Source of the DNA: a virus
Direction: 5' to 3' (one strand)
Length of the DNA: 64,000 nt
Virus record (IMG/VR): IMGVR_UViG_3300049005_000030
Coordinates: 1 to 64,000 of that record
Positions 8,693-16,798 of this stretch are shown here, in pieces. The stretch's first letter is position 1, and the number at the start of each line of letters is the position of its first letter. The position numbers and the translations under genes are program-made. The notes below the pieces were generated by a model. That model worked only from the letters and a program-made list of their open reading frames with translations. It was not told where the DNA came from and ran no database searches.

Positions 8693-9550
8693 CTACAACC
8701 CTACCAACGCCAGCGCCGGCCACAGCAGGCCCGTCACGTCGCCGAGCACCACCACGTTGGCCGCCGTCAGCAGCGGCATCACCGCCCGGCGCTCGAACGC
8801 CTTGCCCGCGTGGAAGCGCAGCGGGTACGGCAGCAGGGCCACCTCACGCCAGCGCTGCCCGCGCACCCGCAGCGGCCACCAGAACGGCAGGCCGGCCACC
8901 GTGTGCCCGTCGCCCCAGCAGTGCACGTAACAGCCCAGCGCCACCACCGCGCCCAGCCATGCTCCGACCGGCGCGGGCACGTCGCCGAGCCAGCTGGCGG
9001 TCAGTGCGGTCAGGCCGGCGGCCGTGACGCTGACGGCCACCCAGCCGTTGGAGCGCAGCCACCGGGGCAGCGCGCGGCGCGCGGCGCGGCGCAGCCGCCC
9101 GTGGGGCTTGTCGTGGCCGAACCGGGGTGCGAGGCCGCGCACGGCCAGGGACAGGAAGACGAACAGGCACGCCAGCACGGCGACGCGTCCGCCCCAGCCG
9201 CAGGCCAGCGCGACCAGGCCGCCGAGCACGAGCGGGAACGGCCAGGTGTGGGTGATCTTGCGGTGGCCGTCACGGCACTCCGGCTTGTCGTAGCGGGTGC
9301 GCGTGCGGTGGTAGGCCCAGACGCCGAGGCTGTCCAGGCCGCGCGCGGCCGCCTCGCTCACGGGCCCGAACGCCCGGGAGACGGTGGCGCCCGGGTGGTC
9401 GAGGTCGGGCAGCAGGGCGGCCCCGGCGCACAGCGCGCCGGCCACCAGCTGGACCAGGACGCTGAGGTGGACGCCGAGCAGCGCCGGCAGCAGGTGGGCG
9501 GCGGCGGCGCCGATGACGCTGCCGTGCAGCGCGTGGCCAGGTGCCATCAT
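8693..9550 (-). CDS. membrane-bound metal-dependent hydrolase (YdjM/DUF457-like)
   Basis: MMAPGH, LLPDLDHP, HRKITHT, HCWGD motifs with TM segments. Confidence 0.85.
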   Translation of the reverse strand: MMAPGHALHGSVIGAAAAHLLPALLGVHLSVLVQLVAGALCAGAALLPDLDHPGATVSRAFGPVSEAAARGLDSLGVWAYHRTRTRYDKPECRDGHRKITHTWPFPLVLGGLVALACGWGGRVAVLACLFVFLSLAVRGLAPRFGHDKPHGRLRRAARRALPRWLRSNGWVAVSVTAAGLTALTASWLGDVPAPVGAWLGAVVALGCYVHCWGDGHTVAGLPFWWPLRVRGQRWREVALLPYPLRFHAGKAFERRAVMPLLTAANVVVLGDVTGLLWPALALVGL

Positions 9551-9568
9551 GTTGATCTCTCCCGGTTG

Positions 9569-9598
9569 TTGACTAGCCGTTAGGACACCGGCTACTCT
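9569..9598 (+). promoter_or_regulatory. repeated promoter/operator copy
   Basis: TTGACT-agccgttaggacaccggc-TACTCT, then GTTCCAC. Confidence 0.8.
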
Positions 9599-9639
9599 AC
9601 AGGAGTTCCACACGCGAGAGAATCCCACCGGAGGCTGAG

Positions 9640-9879
9640 ATGTCGGACTACGTGCAGCGACTGCTGGATAAGGACAAGGCACTGCGCAAGGGTTCGGGCG
9701 AGGTGTACCTGGCGATCTTCGGTGAGTACGACGACTCCTATCCGATGGCCGCGTTCGAGGTGAAGGCGGAAGCGATCAAGTACCGCGACAAGCAGAACGA
9801 GACGATCATCGACGCGCACGACCGCGTTCGACTCGCCACGATCCCGTTCTACCCGCGCGGCACCTACACCGCCGAGTAG
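9640..9879 (+). CDS. hypothetical protein
   Basis: 79 aa, GGAGG RBS. Confidence 0.75.
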   Translation: MSDYVQRLLDKDKALRKGSGEVYLAIFGEYDDSYPMAAFEVKAEAIKYRDKQNETIIDAHDRVRLATIPFYPRGTYTAE

Positions 9880-9953
9880 ACGACAATGACCACAGCCCGC
9901 TTTCCGGTGATCATTCACCCGGGGGGCGGGCTGTCCCATGTGAGGAGAAGTGA

Positions 9954-10226
9954 ATGGGTAAAGAGATCGCCGGCATTGGGCTGGCGCTGGCCGGGTTCAT
10001 TGGCCTGGAAGTGATCGGTTTCATGTTGGCCGGATGGCCCTTCCCCGCCATCAGCGGGTGCATTGTGGCCATGGTCTGGGGCGCGTCGATCGCTACCGTC
10101 ACCGGGAACGCCGGAGCGGAGCGGAGCGGGAACGCCACCGGGAACGAGCAGGAAGGCGACGACGGCGGCATGGTCGTGCGCTTCGACCCCGACGACCCGG
10201 AGGCGTTGATCCCGGGGCGGAGCTGA
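9954..10226 (+). CDS. small two-TM membrane protein
   Basis: GAGGAG RBS; tail overlaps CGGGAACG repeats. Confidence 0.7.
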   Translation: MGKEIAGIGLALAGFIGLEVIGFMLAGWPFPAISGCIVAMVWGASIATVTGNAGAERSGNATGNEQEGDDGGMVVRFDPDDPEALIPGRS

Positions 10227-10386
10227 GCGGGAATCGGAGCGGAGCGGTTCCCGATGCAGCGGGAACGCCACCGGGAACGAGCGAGAATCGCAGGTCAGCG
10301 GAGCGGGAACGGGAAGCGGGAAGGTCGGGGACGTGAGCGGGAACGGAACGCCGGAGTGGATCATGCTTCGGGTGGTCGCGGGAACG
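10103..10386 (+). repeat. cluster of CGGGAACG 8-mers with interspersed GCGGAGC
   Basis: perfect copies at 10103, 10127, 10139, 10260, 10272, 10304, 10338, 10379. Confidence 0.9.
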
Positions 10387-10572
10387 GAGTCCGGAGCGGT
10401 GACCGATCACGTCGACGGACGCCTGATCGATCCGGAGGACTGCCCACGGCTGCTGTTCGACCCCAAGTCGGGGTGCGTCATGAACGGCTGGGGGTTAGCC
10501 GAGCGCACCGAGCAGATGGTGGAGGTCAAAGGCCGGCCGGCGCGGGTCTGGACGGTCCGACGAGCCACCTGA
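10333..10572 (+). CDS. small hypothetical protein
   Basis: 79-aa ORF followed by a terminator; start uncertain. Confidence 0.45.
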   Translation: MSGNGTPEWIMLRVVAGTESGAVTDHVDGRLIDPEDCPRLLFDPKSGCVMNGWGLAERTEQMVEVKGRPARVWTVRRAT

Positions 10573-10586
10573 CCCCCTGAGACGAC

Positions 10587-10625
10587 CACGGCGCCCGTCC
10601 CTCCGATCGAGGGGCGGGCGCCGTG
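10587..10625. terminator. hairpin terminator
   Basis: cacggcgcccgtccct / aggggcgggcgccgtg. Confidence 0.7.
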
Positions 10626-10646
10626 TCCTGTTCACTGTCCGTTGCT

Positions 10647-10790
10647 GTGGACGGTCGGACCGTCCACTGGACGGTACGAAGGGGGCTGGGGGAAGTATTT
10701 ACGGGTAGAAGGCCCTTTCGGACCGTCCGTGGACGGTTGGTGGACGGTGGCGGTGGACGGTTGGTGGACGGTCCGACCGTCCACCGTCCA
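10647..10790. repeat. TGGACGGT 8-mer array, candidate clt (cis-acting locus of transfer)
   Basis: 9 perfect copies in both orientations directly downstream of the traB-like stop, with two mutually inverted 21-bp palindromes. Confidence 0.85.
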
Positions 10791-10791
10791 C

Positions 10792-12795
10792 TCACTCAGT
10801 GTTACCGTTGACCGCAGCGAGTCGCGGCCCGCACCACGCCCAGCGCCCGTGCTCACCCGTGCGCTTCACCTTCTTGTCCGCCTCCCAGACGGCCATCAGG
10901 TTGTAGAACCAGCTCGACTTGCGCCCGGCCGCCCGGTACAGCTCGACCGCCTTCACCCCCTGGCCGTCGGCTTCCATCAGCAGCCGCCGGACGATCTTCT
11001 CCGCGTCCTCATCGGAGCGGGAATCCCCCTCCGCCTCCGCGATGGCCTCCGCCCGGACCCGGTCGGACTCCTCCCGCTGCTCCGGGGTCATCGCTTCCCG
11101 CCGCCGCGCGATCACCTCCGCCAGGTCCACGTCCGGATCGTTCTCGCCCCACACCGTGACGTTCTCGCTCACGTCGCCCTCATCGCCTGCCACCTGGTCC
11201 TCCGCTCCGTTGGCGTTCCCGTTCCCGTTCCCGGTGGCGTTCCCGCTCGGTTCCCGCTCCGGCTCCGCCTGGTCGACGGGAACCCAGCGAACCCGCTCCG
11301 CCCACAGCGGACACACGGCGGAAAAACTCTCCTCCATTTGCGGCAACATTTTCGCCGTCTGCCCGCACCGTTCCTCGGCCACCGCGTCCCGCGTCGCATC
11401 GCTGATCCAGAAAATGCGGATCGGGGCTCGGTCTACCACCGCACCATCCTTCGCGTAGCACGTGCCCTGGCGGTTCGGGTCGATCAGATGGGCGCGCACC
11501 CCCGGCGTGCCACCAAAAACGTAGCTCTCGCCTTCGTCGTCCTCCATACGGAAACAGAACTTGTGCCGGATCTGCTGCCGAATCTGCGAAGAGCCAATCG
11601 CCTCCAACGTCGGGTATTGGGTGGCCAAAACGAATCGGACACCCAGACCGCCGCCCTTGTTGGCGATTTCCGCGAACCAGTGCACGATCAGGCCGTCGCC
11701 GGAACCCAGTAGCGTCTTGGCTTCATCGACGACGATTTGGGTGATCGGACCGTGCTTGCTGGTGTCCCACACCCGGTCACCGGTCGAGGCCATCAGCGCC
11801 GCGTTCTGGTCGAGCAGGCCGCCCGGCTCGGCGATCGCGCGCAGCACTTCCTTGGCCTCTGCGACCGTGGACACCACCAGCTCCATGCACTTGCGCCACG
11901 GGCCCAGCTCCACGCCGCCCTTGAAGTCGAAGCCGATCTGTTGCACGTCATCGGTGCAGGCGTCGCTGGCCACGATCAGGTTGATGAGCCCCGACTTGCC
12001 GCTGCGGGTGGCGCCGCCGATCAGCAGGTGGCGGACCCCGTCGCCCTTGACGTAGCGCTGGATGGTGCGCAGCTGGCCGTCGGCGCGCGGGCCCAGCACC
12101 AGCGGGTCGGTGGCCTTGCCCACGTGCGTGGGCAGCGGCCAGTTCTGGGCGGCCGCGTGCGGGTCGCGCTCGATCACCCGGAACCGGACGCTGCTGGTGG
12201 ACTTGCCGTCCTGCTCCATCTGCAACGTGCCCATGTCGGCGCCCAGCACGCTCTCCACCCGAGCGATGTTGGTCTTGCTCAGCACGTCGTCGACCTGATA
12301 GGTGCCCGGTGCCCAGGTGAATTTCCCGCTGTAGCCGGTCACGTCCATGGTCACCTCGACCGGGCGGGCGCGGTCGAAGTTGATCCGTTGCGCCACCGTG
12401 GGCCAGTCCTGCAACGTGGCCTCCATGCGCACCTGCTGACGCTTCACGTGGCTGGTCCACCACGGGATGCCGCCCACGAGGATGCCGGCGCCCAGGGACA
12501 ACCACGTCCACTGCGGCGACATCCACCCTTCGTAGGCGCACATCACCCACGAGGTGGACGCGCCCAGCACGCTGTAGGCGTACATCCGGCGCATGGGGTC
12601 GCCGATGCGGCTGCGGATCCAGGCGTAGCCAGCGAGCGCGCCCGCGCCGAGGCCGACCCCGCTCTGGACGAGGTCGGTCCCGGCCCAGTGCATCGTCCCG
12701 TCCAGCGCTGCGACACCAGCCCCCACATAGAAGGGGCCGAGCGCCAGGCGCTTGCGGCGCAGCACTTCCCAGAGGTTGATGTCGTCGTCACGCAT
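10792..12795 (-). CDS. traB: FtsK/SpoIIIE-family conjugative DNA translocase, TraB-like
   Basis: N-terminal TMs, Walker A GGATRSGKS, DFKGG, Walker B IVVDE, LATQ, C-terminal wHTH (VKAVELYRAAGRKSSWFY...GRW). Confidence 0.85.
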   Translation of the reverse strand: MRDDDINLWEVLRRKRLALGPFYVGAGVAALDGTMHWAGTDLVQSGVGLGAGALAGYAWIRSRIGDPMRRMYAYSVLGASTSWVMCAYEGWMSPQWTWLSLGAGILVGGIPWWTSHVKRQQVRMEATLQDWPTVAQRINFDRARPVEVTMDVTGYSGKFTWAPGTYQVDDVLSKTNIARVESVLGADMGTLQMEQDGKSTSSVRFRVIERDPHAAAQNWPLPTHVGKATDPLVLGPRADGQLRTIQRYVKGDGVRHLLIGGATRSGKSGLINLIVASDACTDDVQQIGFDFKGGVELGPWRKCMELVVSTVAEAKEVLRAIAEPGGLLDQNAALMASTGDRVWDTSKHGPITQIVVDEAKTLLGSGDGLIVHWFAEIANKGGGLGVRFVLATQYPTLEAIGSSQIRQQIRHKFCFRMEDDEGESYVFGGTPGVRAHLIDPNRQGTCYAKDGAVVDRAPIRIFWISDATRDAVAEERCGQTAKMLPQMEESFSAVCPLWAERVRWVPVDQAEPEREPSGNATGNGNGNANGAEDQVAGDEGDVSENVTVWGENDPDVDLAEVIARRREAMTPEQREESDRVRAEAIAEAEGDSRSDEDAEKIVRRLLMEADGQGVKAVELYRAAGRKSSWFYNLMAVWEADKKVKRTGEHGRWAWCGPRLAAVNGNTE
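11214..11256 (-). repeat. CGGGAACG repeats inside the traB linker
   Basis: CGTTCCCG at 11214, 11220, 11226, 11238. Confidence 0.85.
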
Positions 12796-12812
12796 GGTCG
12801 TTCGCGCCTTTC

Positions 12813-13802
12813 TCAGCTGGTCAGGGTCTGGTCGTCGACTACCGCGCCGGCCTTGCGGGCCTGGGCGGCCTTGATCTCGGCGGCCATGTTCTCCTTCACC
12901 GTCGCGATGAAGTTGGCGAAGTAGGCGCCGGTTTCGGTCAGCGAGTCGCTGGCCCGGGTCAGGTTCTGGATGTCGCCGGGGTCGAATCCGGCCTGGACCA
13001 GTCGCAGCTTGTAGGCGCGGACGTGTTCGGACGCCTGGGCCAGGGCCTTCTCCAGGCCGAGCGCGTCGGCCTCGATCTGGCTCAGCCTCAGTCGGCCGGT
13101 CCCGCTGGCCGCGTACTCGGCGAATCCCCGTGCGACGAGGTTGGCCGCCGTGCTGTCTCCTGCCACTGCCTTGGCTCCGATCTTGTCCATGTGCGCCCGG
13201 TTGGCGGCGACGATCTTTTCGGCCCGGCGGTCCTCCGGGGTCTTGGCGGTGCTGCGGTGCCGCCCGCTCGGCTTGCCCTTGACCGGCTTGACGATGACCT
13301 TGCCGTTGGTCTTCTTGGTGGTGCCCAGGTGGAGCGCGGGCTGCTCCGCCTTTTTCTTGTAGATCATCTTTTCGTTGGCGTGAGCCAGGATGAAGTGCTG
13401 ATTGAGCAGCTCGGCGGACTCGAACATGGTCGAGCAGCTAAAACAGGTGAAGCTGCGCCGGCCGAACCTGCGCTTGTGGATCTTGGTCGGGTCCGGGACG
13501 ATCTTGCCGCCCAGCGTCCGCTCCGGGTGGTCTTCGTCGTAGACGATCTCGTGCCCACGCCGGGCGGCTACCTCGCGATCCACCGCGTTGCGCGTCTTGC
13601 GATAGGTGCGCTTGACCTGCCCGGGGGCGGTGAACACCGCGTAGTGCGCTGTGGCCTTCGCGGTGCCCACCGCCACCCGCACCAGCAGGTGGCGGTTGCG
13701 GGCCGGCTTCTTGCGCAGCCAGCCCCGCATCCGACGGCCGACCTTCACGCCGGGCGCCTCTTCCAGCCCGTCGCCCTTGGTGGTTTTGACTACACGTCCC
13801 AT
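12813..13802 (-). CDS. basic protein with C2H2-type zinc finger, in the TraA position
   Basis: FTCFSCSTMFESAELLNQHFILAH; helical C-terminus; directly upstream of traB. Confidence 0.7.
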   Translation of the reverse strand: MGRVVKTTKGDGLEEAPGVKVGRRMRGWLRKKPARNRHLLVRVAVGTAKATAHYAVFTAPGQVKRTYRKTRNAVDREVAARRGHEIVYDEDHPERTLGGKIVPDPTKIHKRRFGRRSFTCFSCSTMFESAELLNQHFILAHANEKMIYKKKAEQPALHLGTTKKTNGKVIVKPVKGKPSGRHRSTAKTPEDRRAEKIVAANRAHMDKIGAKAVAGDSTAANLVARGFAEYAASGTGRLRLSQIEADALGLEKALAQASEHVRAYKLRLVQAGFDPGDIQNLTRASDSLTETGAYFANFIATVKENMAAEIKAAQARKAGAVVDDQTLTS

Positions 13803-13808
13803 GTCTCC

Positions 13809-14630
13809 TTACTCCTGCCCGGTCGCGTCGGCCTCTGCTGCCAGCGCCGCCTTGAAGTCGCGGACGATCTGCCGCCCGCGCCCGGTGTCCTTGGTGGCGC
13901 CGAAGTAGGGCACGGCGACCAGTCGGTGCAGATCCGCACCGGTCACGTCCGCGCTGACGTGGCGCAGGTAGGCGGCCATGGCGTCACCGATGGTCGCGTC
14001 GGCCGGCATCCAGTCGGGGCGTCCGTCGGCGATCGGCGGCTTGGGCTCGGCGGCCGGCTTCGGCTTGGCGGTCGGCGCGGTCAGCACGACCGGGCGGGCG
14101 GCGACCCGGGTCTGCTCGCGGTCGGCGCGCTCGCGCAGGCGACGCACGAACCGGAACAGCAGCTCGACCAACGCGGCCATAGCCAGGGGCGGCCAGCCGG
14201 CGATGATCCACGCGGCCTTCTGGTCGATCCAGTCGTGGCCGATGTTGGCGAACACGGTCATACCCATGCCGCCCAGCGCGATCAGGTAGGCCAGCGGATC
14301 GGTCTTCTTGGTGCGGCTGTCCGCGTAGATGATCATGGACGCGGCCAGGATCGCGCCGTCCACGCTGATCGGGAACAGCGCCGCACGCCAGTCCGGCTCG
14401 TGGTTCTTGGTGGCCCAGTCCTGCATGTGCGAGTAGGAAATGGCCGCCGCGATGCCGACCACGGTCAACGTGGCGAGCAGGGCGACGCCGATCACCAGCC
14501 GCAGCTCCCAGCGACGCACATGGCCGCCGGCCGGTGACGTCGGACGCCTGAGCCGGAACCCGCGAAGCTTCGACAGCACGCGGCGGGTTGCCCCAGGCGC
14601 GTCGTGAGCACTACGACGCGCGAACTTCAT
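13809..14630 (-). CDS. DUF2637 / Spd-like membrane protein
   Basis: ISYSHM, LFPISVDG, ANIGH, IAGWPPLA, four TMs, C-terminal HTH-like segment; GAAAGGAG RBS. Confidence 0.8.
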   Translation of the reverse strand: MKFARRSAHDAPGATRRVLSKLRGFRLRRPTSPAGGHVRRWELRLVIGVALLATLTVVGIAAAISYSHMQDWATKNHEPDWRAALFPISVDGAILAASMIIYADSRTKKTDPLAYLIALGGMGMTVFANIGHDWIDQKAAWIIAGWPPLAMAALVELLFRFVRRLRERADREQTRVAARPVVLTAPTAKPKPAAEPKPPIADGRPDWMPADATIGDAMAAYLRHVSADVTGADLHRLVAVPYFGATKDTGRGRQIVRDFKAALAAEADATGQE

Positions 14631-14929
14631 GATCCGGTCGTCTCCTTTCGGCGGGCCGATCGCCTGCGCCATGTGCTGGCCGGCACCTGTGTGCAGTTGG
14701 CCAGGACATTCCACGACGTCCCGTTGTCTCTGTTGATCTTCAGTACCGCGTCGCGCACCCCGGTCAGCGTGCTGACCATCCGGTCCAGCGTCCGCAGGTC
14801 GCCCAGCGGATCGGAACCGAGCGCGACGGCGGAACCGAGGGCATCGACCCGGTCAGCGACAGCGCGCACTTGGGCGCTGAAGTCGAGGGGTTCGGTGTCC
14901 ACGTAGTCGCTCCGTTCTGGGTTGCGCAT
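14627..14929 (-). CDS. small HTH regulator heading the tra operon
   Basis: RDNGTSWNVLANCTQVPASTWRRR; ATGA overlap with next gene. Confidence 0.6.
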   Translation of the reverse strand: MRNPERSDYVDTEPLDFSAQVRAVADRVDALGSAVALGSDPLGDLRTLDRMVSTLTGVRDAVLKINRDNGTSWNVLANCTQVPASTWRRRSARRKETTGS

Positions 14930-15096
14930 TTACACATACCCTACCCCGGTATAGATGCCGCCGTCCAACCGGATACACAACCCCACCCGAGCAGGCGACA
15001 CCCCCGTCACCGCGCGTCACCCGACCGCGTGGCGGGGCCGGCGGGAACCCGCGCGCGGCTACCCTCACCGCAGGTGATCGTGGAAAGGGGTGGCCG

Positions 15097-16719
15097 GTGG
15101 CGGTGACGTTCGCGCCGAACCTGCGCCGGAAGGTGGTGGCCACCACCCCCGCTCGGGAAACCAAAGGTCTGGCCGACCGGGTCAAGACGTTTTTCCGTCA
15201 GTACGTCATCCCCGGCCAGCCCTACTTCGTCCCGTGGAACACCGACCGCGCCGTCCGCGAGGGCTTCGAGACCAACCCGTGGATCTACCGCGCCGTGCAC
15301 GTGATCGCGTCCAAGTCGCTGGACCTGCCGATCGTGCTGCGCCAGAACGACGGCGACAAGGGCGATCCGCTGGCGCCGGAGCTGGACCCGACCCGGCTGC
15401 TGTACCTGCTCAACGTGGAGGCCAACCCCTGGGAGCGGGCCAAGATCTTCCGCTACCGCCTGATCGCCCAGTTCCTGCTGTCCAGCAGGGGCGTGTTCAT
15501 CGAGGTGGTGCGCACCCGCGCCGGCCGCATCGGGCTGCTGAGCCTGCTGGACCCGGACAAGGTCGAGATCATCCCGACCAAGGAAATCCTGCCCGACGGC
15601 ACCGAGAAGATCGACCCTATCGGCACGTTCCGGATCACCCTGCAAGGCGGGGAACGCACGTTCGACTACCTACCCCGCTTCGACCCCAAGGGCAGTTACG
15701 ACAGCCAGGCCAGCAGCGTGTTGTGGGTGCGCTCACCGCACCCCACCCTGATGTTCCAGGGCATGACGCCTACCCAGGCCGCCGCCATGAGCGCCGACAT
15801 GGACCGCGCCGCCCGGCTCTACAACCGCCGTTTCATGGACTCCGACGGCCGGCCGGGCACGGTGATCGCCGTCAAGGGTACCGCCACCCGCGACACTCTG
15901 GACGTGGTCGAGAGCCGGATAGCCGGCAAGGCCCGGATCGACGGCCCTGGGGGTGTCGTCGCCATCCAGGCCGATGGGCTCAGCATTGCCGACACCTCCG
16001 GCAACCCTCGGGACACCCAGTGGGCCGAGACGATGGACCGGATGCGCAAAGAGGTCAGTATGACCTTCGGCGTCCCAGAGTCGATCTTGGGCGACGCGTC
16101 CGGACGCACCTTCGACAACGCCGACGCCGAAAAAGAGAACTTCTGGGAGGACACCGAGTCCCCCCTGCTGGCCATCCTGGACGACCAGCTGGACGTGCTC
16201 ACCGGCGGCTATGACGACTCCCTGTTCCTGCGCCACGACAAGTCCGGCGTGTGGGTGCTCGGCCGGCACCGGCGCATGGAGCTGGACCGCGCCTCGGCCG
16301 AGGTCGACACCGGCAAGCGCACCATCAACGAGTACCGCGCGCTGGCCGGCCTGGACGAGTACGAGAGCCCGCTGGCCCGCGTGCTGCTCATCCCCGGCGG
16401 CAAGATCATCGGCGCACTCAACGCCGAGGACGAGGCGGCCGCCGCCAAGGCCCCGATCCTGGGCAACCGGCTGCCTGCGGGCAACGTCGAAGCGCAGCAG
16501 GCCGCAGCCTTGAGCGGCCAGGCCGGCGCGGCCATCGGCTCGCTGGCCGGGGTGAACGCGGCCAACAACATCAACAACGCCAACAGCCTGCGCGCCCTGC
16601 CGCCCGGCGACCGCCAACCCACGGCGCTGGCCGGCAAGGACGGCGAGCCCCCGGACTTGGAGGGTAAGCAGGGCGGCGCGCGAGACCGAGGCGGGCGCAC
16701 CGCCACTGTCTGGCGATGA
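15097..16719 (+). CDS. portal protein (HK97-like)
   Basis: NPWIYRAVHVIA, YNRRFMDSDGRPG, VSMTFGVPESILGDASGRTFDNA, TINEYR. Confidence 0.9.
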   Translation: MAVTFAPNLRRKVVATTPARETKGLADRVKTFFRQYVIPGQPYFVPWNTDRAVREGFETNPWIYRAVHVIASKSLDLPIVLRQNDGDKGDPLAPELDPTRLLYLLNVEANPWERAKIFRYRLIAQFLLSSRGVFIEVVRTRAGRIGLLSLLDPDKVEIIPTKEILPDGTEKIDPIGTFRITLQGGERTFDYLPRFDPKGSYDSQASSVLWVRSPHPTLMFQGMTPTQAAAMSADMDRAARLYNRRFMDSDGRPGTVIAVKGTATRDTLDVVESRIAGKARIDGPGGVVAIQADGLSIADTSGNPRDTQWAETMDRMRKEVSMTFGVPESILGDASGRTFDNADAEKENFWEDTESPLLAILDDQLDVLTGGYDDSLFLRHDKSGVWVLGRHRRMELDRASAEVDTGKRTINEYRALAGLDEYESPLARVLLIPGGKIIGALNAEDEAAAAKAPILGNRLPAGNVEAQQAAALSGQAGAAIGSLAGVNAANNINNANSLRALPPGDRQPTALAGKDGEPPDLEGKQGGARDRGGRTATVWR

Positions 16720-16798
16720 CTTCCCGCCGATCACCGGCAATACCCTGGCCGTCGGCGAGGCCACCCCGGAACCGCCGCCCGGACCCGACCGTGACCAG

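Noticed and set aside
10100-10790. CRISPR array
   Set aside because: Units are 8 bp, irregularly spaced and in both orientations, with no unique spacers and no cas operon.
10792-12795. FtsK-like ATPase as the genome packaging motor
   Set aside because: TM plus wHTH architecture and DUF2637 neighbour fit TraB; HK97-type portal heads use a terminase.
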